Source of the DNA: an uncultured euryarchaeote
GTDB lineage: Archaea > Thermoplasmatota > Poseidoniia > Poseidoniales > Poseidoniaceae
Direction of reading: 5' to 3'
Length of the DNA stretch: 64,000 nucleotides
Assembly (NCBI GenBank): GCA_937899865.1
Contig: CALBRH010000055.1
Span: 21,356 to 85,355 of the forward strand
Both the position numbers and the translations under genes were made by a program. Below the pieces are notes generated by a model. It saw nothing but the letters and a program-made list of their open reading frames with translations, had not been told where the DNA came from and did no database searches. Shown here in pieces: positions 42,701 to 47,851 of the stretch. The number at the start of each line of letters is the position of its first letter. Position 1 is the stretch's first letter.

Positions 42701-44284
42701 GCTGAAGCCACTAAACACGTGTTGTGCAGTAGATGGAGGTGTTGGTGGCATTTGATAATCTGGAAGTGGGTTTCCTGTACAATCACCTGGATTATACATG
42801 CCATTCAAGTCTGGATCTCCTGAACTACCAAGAGTAAGTGCATAGCCGCCACATTCTTCCATAATAATTAGACCACCATAGTCTCCGAAACCTGTGTAAC
42901 TGTACTTCCAATCTAGTTCATAGACTGCAGATACACTTCCAATTGGCAAGGTATTGACACCATGGTTGAAGGTAAAATCAAATGTTGGTGAAGACTGATG
43001 GTCTCCACCCCAACTTGGATAATCGTACAAAAATCGTGAATTCCTCGAAGAATGACAATCCTCTGCTCCAATATCACAGGTTTGGTAATTACCACCTGCA
43101 GAGTCAGTGTTGAGAGTGTTGGTACCAACTGATGGGTCGATAACTACTGGGAATGATGTGTAGTCATCTAGCAACCAATCGATGTTAACTGCGGTTGTGA
43201 TTGTTAATGTGTTAGCATCAAGAGTCATGAAATACTGAGTTGATGCTTCTAATTGTGCAAGTTTGTCTTCCTTATTGAGTTCTTCCTTAACGTTATTACT
43301 CTCTAGAGAACTATCATAGGCAAAAGGTGCCGCAATATAACCGATGACTAGTCCAGTATCGGCTTTGACGATATCGATTGCTGAATCGGTTACAAATACC
43401 TCGCCATCAGCAATAATTTGCTCACCATTGGACCATAGTTCAACATCATCAGGAAGGCCAACGGTCTCTTGCATTCCAAAGTAACCTTGGACTGAGTTAC
43501 CGTCAATCTCTCGGTAGGTCTCAAGTTCATTGACTAGGGTCGTTCTAACATCGTTTGATAGTTTGTTGATAACAAAATCTTGCTTGAGTTCATTTACGCT
43601 AACATGGTATTCCATGTCAATGTTAGCGCTCATTGGATAGTTGATGCTATTACCGCCGACCTTAACATGGTCGGTAGGAGGCATGAATACGCCATCTCTA
43701 ACTGGATTGATATTGGTATAAGGAACCATTATTCCATCAAGGAATGGGTCTGTACCAGTTCCCTGGAAGACTGTAACTGGAACAGGATTTAGACCTGTTA
43801 CAAGAACATCTTCACCAATTAGAATTTGTGCACCATCCATAGGATTGTGACTAAATTGTACTGGAGTGAAAATATCTTCAACGTAGTATCCATTTTCATT
43901 TGACAAAATGGTTGTATCTAAATCAATTAGTTCACCATATTGGTTTTCATAGTGTAATGGGTTGTACGAGTGAACCGATTGCAGGTTACCGTCATCATTG
44001 ATGAAGGTCTTACTGTGTGTCGTCCTCATTCCAATCATTTCTAGATCTTCATCAAAGCCAATTGATTCGGCTTCAAATGAAGTTTTTTCTATTTCAGCAT
44101 CGAAATCTCCGGTGCTGTCTGTGTTAACTTCTTGCGAATCAGCTGAATCTGAATCGATACTGTTGATATCTGAGTTGTTAACCATTGCCGCCCACGACAT
44201 TAGCACCATCAAAACACACAACAGCGAAGCAATTCCTATTCCGCCAAACACGCTTTTTACATTTCTATTTCTTAGTTCTTTCAT
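27740..44284 (-). CDS. Giant (5514 aa) acidic surface protein/adhesin with a C-terminal TM, internal class III signal and archaeal type IV pilin-like domain
   Basis: N-terminal signal/anchor; D/N/T/G-rich passenger with beta-helix-like, nidogen-like and cadherin-like (INDAPVI, VNDVPVI) segments; C-terminus ...FAPSIIAVALTGLFVSALVLAG-RRDDDEEE...DDDA-AVSPVIATILMVAITVVLSGVVYVWA-globular domain. Confidence 0.92.
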   Translation of the reverse strand: MKELRNRNVKSVFGGIGIASLLCVLMVLMSWAAMVNNSDINSIDSDSADSQEVNTDSTGDFDAEIEKTSFEAESIGFDEDLEMIGMRTTHSKTFINDDGNLQSVHSYNPLHYENQYGELIDLDTTILSNENGYYVEDIFTPVQFSHNPMDGAQILIGEDVLVTGLNPVPVTVFQGTGTDPFLDGIMVPYTNINPVRDGVFMPPTDHVKVGGNSINYPMSANIDMEYHVSVNELKQDFVINKLSNDVRTTLVNELETYREIDGNSVQGYFGMQETVGLPDDVELWSNGEQIIADGEVFVTDSAIDIVKADTGLVIGYIAAPFAYDSSLESNNVKEELNKEDKLAQLEASTQYFMTLDANTLTITTAVNIDWLLDDYTSFPVVIDPSVGTNTLNTDSAGGNYQTCDIGAEDCHSSRNSRFLYDYPSWGGDHQSSPTFDFTFNHGVNTLPIGSVSAVYELDWKYSYTGFGDYGGLIIMEECGGYALTLGSSGDPDLNGMYNPGDCTGNPLPDYQMPPTPPSTAQHVFSGFSDYTDCQTDNDIYGTNQYQYSMTSDMTTCDGSSVDFVSGSSSFESNGIFDAGSYEYIVTDSYGDGLNSNAAVYFQTRTIGASNAAWTDLVTVGDFTGAAHDAEDDGYEVPRYFTVNAGDEMRIAYNCPTSGCWPSENSATVKQAPAPPVLPAIGPGAGGSPTGSEPADTTFTVLTGQEAYFMYRTGSNPGDADHTEIYYRQAGTTGWTNYWDLCSFNPASTPPCTAATDYTSEDSVFIQTPGNYEALVWDTAGDGSGPGSGGEVRFDTAGGSSGVVLASPSLQRLNSLISSEQIARMPIDISLNTPQTVSICGSVTACSSGTMAMFADVYNNAANGGYIEFGVGFPNALNSIGGANTNNWDGGADFSNFYLIVELEDNTPDDVAPTVEYDGHYTGVTSYVEGSRTLFLSIMDARNPVDTTAVGGPKLWYSTDGGNSYTDVDSTLLTTCATKNQVCTFSATTGDINAGTTVDYYWTFSDAAAVDNSKVPPQSPNAGRFPAVGAADLTFTVEDVYQATSKKLTALFEDVKGPDYQPGGSYQETQDVFDRQITYYAGSGEFYFEFDFTDCGSFYTSSWNIDDTCFWDDDVHSSGDHSLGHWDINWEGVATDCNPGATGCTGAPTNTLELDSAFGGILDISRYGTQNFMMVYDSNSNEWAIAATGSSIVLRSDNIDNRLDASLPDVVAEAYTPNMFTPQITINTLYADSGRNRDYSLPTTMATVTVPQGDVARVIYQCYSWCYEQNMEITNVPHGGTDSYNMGYTFGSLSSNSIHVSNTMNQNLHDIPNGGILGAGTWDFITTDPGYGDYTDTKLTVESYTGNAWPSGAVTPYDINSLYTDGYTAESFVIDLADSNTPSLGTNTGFGGVPFGTGTGEFSKICLTTAGHVMFMETSSDCTPDATETSAGGSWQGFAIGATKTGEDIRDDGLLWQIRNVEPDPDSSAPLVTGGQIGDSHALDRTVTYTISDNRYADQGVDTSPVPNVGPTIHYTITSDQGVVTSTGDAALVPTSDGTTSFIYETDADKRNICTYSECEWTYQFTGLTRGDTVSYHMTTRDIQPSPQAPPANSMQGDTYTFEVANPTNTLIVEWVEYKENSYTSNNDGCSMQVIMYDVTNEFEFHYDEDCYNNEKVGVTAIREDRSNFMEVGNWDYFVYGNPHTNNLRFTLSDTGDYLVETFELGMTPLPLVSSTQTVPVSSFTFSNDDRCDSNSDWSQYGVYCAGNFDIPDDFNFEFYGQSYDGSDPLNRIQATGSGFLHFVDDGSTNTIRIESSSSSTGCWPTSGAFRANFWTTCGGANNVLSGKLHMMAPYWSRETVDYCGSTGTTSCQGVWFRTLPFDGQGKTVTADITDDTTWYLIDSPIKVNPSDPSGYLSIDADLTIEPGVEVIIGENKGISFDGGVKADGTCSKFTAMGTSTDPITFNADRSVNSNALWHGLAFTSDCAGTTVEDRHVMQHVSISNTNHAAITAGSRPADSSFQGCGTATQDCDVGEFTLSDVSYSNVDSAFAHGSGQGTVVTMSNFAITDSRSSCFNFAQNTVATLTGTAGNPSTMTRCNTNNYDWAGAIASDVSGSNSGSLTMEYVNIVDSKVTLIRTDLQTITISDVTATTPTINDQWRWNNNGWTWENTGVSLGLSHGANSEVTVTNFNAPNYAQGWICAASKVSLTNVDLGTGFMPTGQHRFDINPYCGATTNVPGSMGANSVFDGVTAPDMTMYRTFPGTADQITVANEFSIQELGVTGGSNDMLEFTNMDVGLYRSFGCGANIKIVNSALGQLSSECNTPGGTSTIQMVSSTMSHSSSDSAIYMHATEGIFVDVDVTSTTVSEFGPYLYFGGLSSDGFLIDVTLNGNDCADSNGKTTDCHTSIDGNTNVQPTAIPEVYYGGFANSLAYRLGVDANTGLPEQIPEAGVTITASVLDSTGAELFPNKVIHRATTGNDGRASDVAVITGDHTPTTYNTHVVRASGSAGAGQANPALVDGTPATEVLFEDGVLQTGVPLADFGTYTIGSYADIRLVSPPVTLDNVSFMDCAWMATNETFLNTDPDGDGTYEFKGATMVLADDLLIDGCTVVLEGSQITFREDALDNPTLTIGNGGKLIMMTDTGTGDIPKIYGEGLLNAVDLAIESGGVLDMQSGTISNLLFDSSKSGQLEVPSGAELKLGGGAYLTATAVASNSYPMIDVDGGLVTVSSAATLAGSSNLGVGIELTNGGEVVGDGLTISNMAVGINSDGGSMNLDGYTSNGNTNGIVAKDGPKLPTMYSSAVLQGLAQNYPSNIGTGFNARELPNMDNCWFFHRFGCFEWEEYTVDLTSWVGQADYLQPAMMINYGGTYTYRYTVGGYGVTSWSVPYVTMDNLVIEVTDNSGASYLIQDENDVGYYPYSQNDPAVTNGGLSYLGGAGGAPFWDCNYGGESPNPWRWGERLDNYYWYSSTPNIGDLYGVTTSPLYPEQFGFRISEGTVPEPISVSSYPEFNWGFDDPITGRYGMGTGGAFGYSTIISNLGNWHDTTIGETRSSLAGTWGSPNYEACNARSPTFRTTIGSNMLLSWPTIDLTDSSIAKVELKFDMMHRYLGSSLGHWANMNRDSVELLTRSGSNPAAFGDYSEAVIGKGVILNNAQITDANVGIDLQGGTLANINGLDIDDPVQYGVRTSGTNSVYLDNMDVDDSGLGANNNYGFYAPSTSAGIQEITNSNFNGLGTAIYLNNDVETLVADATISNGNVGFRVGSQSSANHMVDTMSISNVNTAMSFEGVGDISMNDVDIVGSNTVDVEIADSSAVSFLDGIVDQSKVTIGSSSTGKFNRDRSYFAELDADGTPLADANVVMSSQAAATTSTGSTDANGLTSGLSFSIYDVDASGVTDYSAYFSTYKISSVAEVDYSWTDSTTNSGDFRYLQATPNLADAPYDSATATNFDQYSLTDQIDVRVCGTDSNYVMVSPCAGTSFSASGSRTYDTGMVEYGDDEGLWDGTSSMDLSGKAIMIDSGTLELRDGVTYTLDNAIVFDTGYTTEYGTGIAQWISDYPYGTTLKMHGGEVNGLYPKTANGDVVGLVIGGLQGTNENPLNLDIDGVTFNNIIGLATGTGDRDSSSFGSFNTYVPSTVEVKNSFIYYYRDLGITPTLFSDADYCLRLGGIDSATISGNTFANCVLSVAFIDSYYDGTSSTAHTVVGSNNVVIDGNTFVDTVGLNVMGWADSDTNGMVLSNNVMTCSTCSHVRFQDDTSFNALIDSNVFNGGAYGVSTDGVQRVNINDNDFNYQSDFAISAVGGDFNVEGNDITDPGQYAILADSLTKPTEFVTEVVAGVNTDFPNVPGQFVQWGGFGDPCPFPTWWRSCVSPDVYATNDVGQEMIIRLIAGTWASELRVYITAPDNTVTVWDPATGNFGQDGEESWNSGNPNIVLDQVGTYVFYLLDTYGDGPNGGGFEIVQGETGTWASTSSGPNTNPMYYWDPGVAGIQNTRPGYRGPYLGYSSNPYYPTAYSNTMDGVLLQNLGNDPVTYDFVGIDQYGDGFGSNCNTNIGMQVAPAGTWAVTTTGAPAPSSTNYGGPFGTWAGRINCISSAYPSIPFTSGQESDVLKVTLDPGYEMRFRLFCGSYCGEAALQWQEAMPEDNSWVGPTIKDNTITFDSVNNNPLGVGIQLSNCDVSSYAVLTEANTINIGQNAIVNDGCIWNDKNSVITGSDQSGSVGFDDDNTFGFDINLDGTTMSGFETGIHKTGGGILTITGDASFTAGDNGIGVHTEDIEVSVIGATFDGGSTGTGLMVEDSNYAWLYPMDVTGNVGFHAKNSEVLWDAGQADADTIMIAENVKGTVQSLTDPAGGSSSPASAAKSASSTTWIDARDNTRLTVIDWALDAAKVSTDATSIVDEANWLNIDADHLGGEPTAQVGLSIVSDEDYSAYSSPTFTTTMVVDGNSDDWVGGNALNPSGYAMPGLVGGPMYVTTDSGSLVLGFDSVDTSASDVYVYVDSNDMAGSSTGYNNVHTLPYDADFAIVVTSAGVDVYYYNAPNWVLDPGASAVSAQGQYLEVSVPLASIGGSVDAMNIVASIQDAGTDNVNSASPDQGTIVGTGAETFDSAYELALNKLDLSDGTMTNEVLLHRSFEFGNPPTTPHNYNIMAKTPAEIRHTCDYDWHTEANVVMDSTTSLSFNILRACPEITSALDDILVSEDSAQLDLDLSTFVDDEQDVEEDMEWEVTESNMDAFANILTDFSDVSGTTGTLSLTPINDQFGTFDLTFEVVDTHGQTAAKTITYTVKNINDAPVICDARTSVDPDCDNGDLYLYVDAAGERYNSRDEGFASYSKPLGKLANDTMNSFIRDMANEQYPVNQVYTWGATATCDQISVALQTNVNGVDEIVITENTNWEYGGVCDITLTLSDDGAENTDATPVVVQFAVAPVNDVPVIASEGVVDSADGSNSFQGVPGTSDYRLDLVEDTIDANALTFDLSSIKSDIDHLDADLSWTLEDTNTCDSSNYYTTQINGDILEFTLIKDATTNAEPWEVDMLNNNGIHQTRTANGRCEMTLTLLDSENPPSYMPNYELLEQQGYAPNNYQQESVSVTLSVEVDNVAENVPDYYLDENEGFDFNGVNNVMPGTYVPVDFSIYAGGDNGDYTYDHLLVVSLHSDGHTEIELPQYFTPPAFGESLDIENWEVYITDMTTEVWVEVDVVTCTPNAADLCTVNEVQTDNPESHNAVSSNQVFGKWSEPGRIGEDANGQQSNRRPAFEDKNWCNNMMSTNGGNEVAWSESSACQHTEQGYNGAFAEDWQTADVALPVTVTTIGALSVASFAPSIIAVALTGLFVSALVLAGRRDDDEEEFVEKQISDDDAAVSPVIATILMVAITVVLSGVVYVWAAQLADTDTKGVPRVTFSAENVDTGSAATDHWKITVGQAQTVLATQAVEVTVIYEDASGQIVSETTNLASTDHVYGFSPFNSDSLVTFGDVVTIDEDETISSFSTGDDIYVKTQTADGHKLVDATVRIVYSPSGDTQGAVLKTYTGLTWNQPV

Positions 44285-44296
44285 TTGTCATTCCCC

Positions 44297-44312
44297 CATG
44301 CGGTACCGCATG
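44297..44312. promoter_or_regulatory. Perfect 16-bp palindrome CATGCGGTACCGCATG just upstream of the giant gene start (operator or leader hairpin)
   Basis: Self-reverse-complementary; 12 nt separate it from ATG 44284; lies downstream of AT-rich TATA-like elements (CCTATAAG, CTTAAAG). Confidence 0.5.
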
Positions 44313-44408
44313 TAATGCTACCCACGCTTTAAGCCCCTTATAGGCGTTGGGGTACATAATTTTTGAATCACTAATTCTAACCAGAGATTCTAGTAGAAAT
44401 AGAATGTT

Positions 44409-44457
44409 AAAAAAAAATAAAAAAAGCCGGGAAGAGAGCCGAAACTCCCTCCCCGGC
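44409..44457 (-). terminator. Hairpin plus long U-tract downstream of the 1026-aa surface protein gene
   Basis: Minus-strand RNA GCCGGGGAGGGAG-UUUCGG-CUCUCUUCCCGGC (13 bp, two G.U pairs) followed by U7-A-U9. Confidence 0.85.
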
Positions 44458-44512
44458 AATTATGCTAAATCCGCAGATTTAACGTGCTAATACTTTCAGT
44501 TGTTGATCAACT

Positions 44513-47500
44513 TCAGTAGTCCCATTCCTTGTCGTCGTCTTCTTCACCTTCTCCACGAGATAGGATGAATGCTCCAACTACAAATGCAACTACTACTACT
44601 GCACCGATTACTCCCCATGTCCAGGTTGGGACACCAGAGGATGCTTCAGAATCAGTTGTTGTAGATCCATCATCAGGATTGGTATTGTCTTGAGCTCTAT
44701 CATACAGAATAGAATCTGTTGAAGGACCATATGCAATGTTCATTACAGCATCGTGTGGCACGACACCAAAGTGAACCTCAGTTGTCTCAACTGTAGTATA
44801 CTTTGCAATCGTTGCTTCTGTACCTTGCATTACCATAGCACATGCGTCTGCATCAATCATAACCTTCATTTCTGTAGCAGTAAACTCACCACGGTTGTAA
44901 CATACAATCCATCCAGCAACATCTTCATCGACTGCTGAAGGCTCCCAAGTAACTACCCAGTTTTCTCCAGATTCACTAATTGTAACATCATTTGCTGTAA
45001 CTGCTGCAACTGATGCATCAGATGTAACTGTTGCTGATACCGAATCTCCACAAGCATATTGGTTGCAAAGTTGTGCTGTAACAGAATATGCTTGTCCATC
45101 AGTTCCTGATGCCCATGTAACAGAACGTGTATCGGATTCGACTCTATCATAGGTGACATCTGGCGTTGAACCATCAGCCATTGTAACTTCGATTCTAACA
45201 TTCTCATTGCTTAGAAGAGCATCGTAATTGTATGCGATTACTATGTCTCCACCCTTAGCAGCGGATGCTGTAAGTTGAGTAATTGTACCAGCAGGCGGGT
45301 TTGGAGTTTCACAATCCTCAGCAATTAGATAGAAGTTTGTTCCAGCAGGAATCAAGTCTGAACCTGCAGGGAACGAGTAAGTGTAACCTGAAGTTGATGC
45401 ATCAACCTCTTCACCTGCGCCAGAAGCAACAGAAATTACAACATTACCAGCTTCCATCCACATGTGTTGAACTCCCAAGTCGTTAGGGAAATGGACGTGC
45501 ATGGTTTGCTCAACAACTGTTGAAGAATCGTAAGTTGTTGATGGATTTACAGTAACAGATCCAACTGGAGTTGGACTGTTTGCACAGGAATCAATTTCAA
45601 CTTGGTCAACAGGTCCGTCAGCAAATGTCACATCAAGTCCGCTTGCTCTAAGTTTAGCCGTGTAAACTGCATTGAAGCCATCAGCCAAACCTGTAGCCTG
45701 GAATGTCAAGTCCACCATAACATCAATAGAAATTGAAGCGTCTACGGTATTGTAGCTGTCGGTAACTTCCATTCTAACCTGGAAAGATGGAACCATTGTA
45801 TCGGTTGTAGTTACAGTACAGCTGCCATCTCCACCTGTATCAGCACATAATTCAGCGCCTGAACCATCATACCATGTGAATTCTAATTTGTCGCCTTCTA
45901 CATCAAATGCTTCACCAACAAATGTTACTGAATCGCCAACAACTACATCATTTCCTGTTGATTTTAGAGACAGAATATTAGGTGCGAAGTTATCAACGGT
46001 AACTCTGTAATCCCAATCGTTGTTAGATGGAACCATATCTGAAATCTTTGTATCTAGTGTAGATGAACCCTCATCATATTGTCCAACCATGTTAACTGTT
46101 GCTTCCACAACGTATTCGCCGACATCAAAATTGTGCGATGCACAAACAAAACCTACAGGATCTGCATCAGGTGTTTTGTCAGTAGCTACACCCAAATACT
46201 GATGGGTAGCATATTCCAAATCTTCACACTCTGTTGCTTCATAGGTTGTTGAGGTACCGGCGTCCAAATCTGTGACTGTGAATGTAACATTCCATTCATA
46301 GATAGGTGTTGATGATGAGGACGAGTGCATTACTACTGCGAACATATCATAATCGCCTGTTGAAAGAGTTTGAGAAATATCTTCTCCAATGTTTCCATAT
46401 CTGTCATCCAGAGTTTCTTCAGATTCTTCCTCATCTTCACCACCTTCTCCACCAACTACATGTGGTGCAAGATAGTAATCAAACAATGTAATGTCATGAA
46501 CTGTAGTTGCAGAACCGTAGATGGATCCCAGATTGTTACCCGAATACTCATCTTCAGCATCTGTACCTGCAATTGTTCTTTCACACATTACATCTCCGCC
46601 AGCACAAGAATCGCTTACCTCATACACAGTGTATGAAAGAATAGACACTGATACTGTGTAAGTACCATCTGAAGGCGGTGTTAAAGTCATAATTGACTCT
46701 CCTGTCAGCCTATTAGTTGAATTCAATACATCATCTGCACCTATAATCATTCTTGTACCTGTTGTTGTGACTCCATCTCCGTCATCGGTGATATCTACTG
46801 TCTTTTGGACACCTAAAATATCTGTAGCAGCATTACTGTTGAATACTAAACCACCTGTCACATCAACCTTGATTGTGGTGTTTCTAATTGTCATACCAGC
46901 CATTGAGCCTTCTAGGCTTACTGATACTTTGAAATCTACTGGGTCAGTTCCTTCAACGGAACCAAACACATCTTCACCATCAGAGTCTAACCAAGTCAAG
47001 CCAACCTGAATATCATGGTAGTCCTTAACTGATACTCTAAAAGAAATTTCATCGTTGCCAGGATCTCCAAGTACTTGAGAGGTTACTTTAACCTCAACGA
47101 AATACTTGCCTGCGAATGGAATCCACTCTATTACATTACCAGAAGATGTTACAAGGGTTGATTCTCCGTTTGAGTCTAAGTAATCGCCTGGTGCGATAAC
47201 TGAAGATTGACAAGAGTTAGGACAAACAGCGTTATCATTAGCCCATGACAAGTCATTGCCGTTAAGATCTTGGGCAACATCTCCTCGCTGTCCTTGATCA
47301 TCAATGTATACAGTAACTTGATATTGCATGTTGGTCAAATCAGCATCACCACTATTTCTCAAGTATGCCTTGAAATTTACTGGCTCTCCTGCTAACAATT
47401 CGTTAGTTGTGCCGCCACCTGTGGCGTAAATTGTCTCTCTAGGTGAAGTAACATATACAACTTCTGGGTCTGCGCCAGCCCTTGCACCTGTTTCTTCAAA

Positions 47501-47593
47501 TTCATTTTGCTCTTGTAACTCGTACACATCGATACTGGATAAAACACTAGCCAGCATCAAGATGACGAGAATCATTGGGGTCATTTTTCTCAT
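44513..47593 (-). CDS. Membrane-anchored surface protein with CARDB/Ig/PKD/Fn3-like domains
   Basis: Signal peptide MRKMTPMILVILMLASVLSS; domain-end motifs DPGNDEI, YSGNNL, VPSNNDW; AFDVEGDKLEFTW; TM WGVIGAVVVVAFVVGAFILS; acidic tail RGEGEEDDDKEWDY. Confidence 0.9.
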   Translation of the reverse strand: MRKMTPMILVILMLASVLSSIDVYELQEQNEFEETGARAGADPEVVYVTSPRETIYATGGGTTNELLAGEPVNFKAYLRNSGDADLTNMQYQVTVYIDDQGQRGDVAQDLNGNDLSWANDNAVCPNSCQSSVIAPGDYLDSNGESTLVTSSGNVIEWIPFAGKYFVEVKVTSQVLGDPGNDEISFRVSVKDYHDIQVGLTWLDSDGEDVFGSVEGTDPVDFKVSVSLEGSMAGMTIRNTTIKVDVTGGLVFNSNAATDILGVQKTVDITDDGDGVTTTGTRMIIGADDVLNSTNRLTGESIMTLTPPSDGTYTVSVSILSYTVYEVSDSCAGGDVMCERTIAGTDAEDEYSGNNLGSIYGSATTVHDITLFDYYLAPHVVGGEGGEDEEESEETLDDRYGNIGEDISQTLSTGDYDMFAVVMHSSSSSTPIYEWNVTFTVTDLDAGTSTTYEATECEDLEYATHQYLGVATDKTPDADPVGFVCASHNFDVGEYVVEATVNMVGQYDEGSSTLDTKISDMVPSNNDWDYRVTVDNFAPNILSLKSTGNDVVVGDSVTFVGEAFDVEGDKLEFTWYDGSGAELCADTGGDGSCTVTTTDTMVPSFQVRMEVTDSYNTVDASISIDVMVDLTFQATGLADGFNAVYTAKLRASGLDVTFADGPVDQVEIDSCANSPTPVGSVTVNPSTTYDSSTVVEQTMHVHFPNDLGVQHMWMEAGNVVISVASGAGEEVDASTSGYTYSFPAGSDLIPAGTNFYLIAEDCETPNPPAGTITQLTASAAKGGDIVIAYNYDALLSNENVRIEVTMADGSTPDVTYDRVESDTRSVTWASGTDGQAYSVTAQLCNQYACGDSVSATVTSDASVAAVTANDVTISESGENWVVTWEPSAVDEDVAGWIVCYNRGEFTATEMKVMIDADACAMVMQGTEATIAKYTTVETTEVHFGVVPHDAVMNIAYGPSTDSILYDRAQDNTNPDDGSTTTDSEASSGVPTWTWGVIGAVVVVAFVVGAFILSRGEGEEDDDKEWDY

Positions 47594-47599
47594 AAGTAT

Positions 47600-47647
47600 A
47601 CCTCCGACGGTTCGGTATCCTCACCCACGCCAAAGGTCGTATTTATA
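47600..47647 (-). promoter_or_regulatory. TATA box (TATAAATA, 47647-47640) and Shine-Dalgarno (GGAGGT, 47605-47600) of the 1026-aa gene
   Basis: Read directly on the minus strand; SD is 6 nt from ATG 47593. Confidence 0.65.
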
Positions 47648-47851
47648 CTATAGGAAGGATTTTTTCCCCCCTTAGCAACCTATTTCATACTTAAAATGCC
47701 ACTATGTGAAGCATTTAGTAACCTAATTGGAGTATAGTTTTTGTATGAATGGCAAAATTAAACCTCACAGATTTTTTAGATAGAATATTTATCAAATATC
47801 CCCTAATTTCTTGTAAAAAAGCAATTTGATTAAATTATAATCAATAATGCA

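Noticed and set aside
28233-47009. Dozens of 60-120 aa ORFs inside the two surface-protein genes
   Set aside because: Alternative-frame or antisense by-products of long biased CDSs; no coding signatures.
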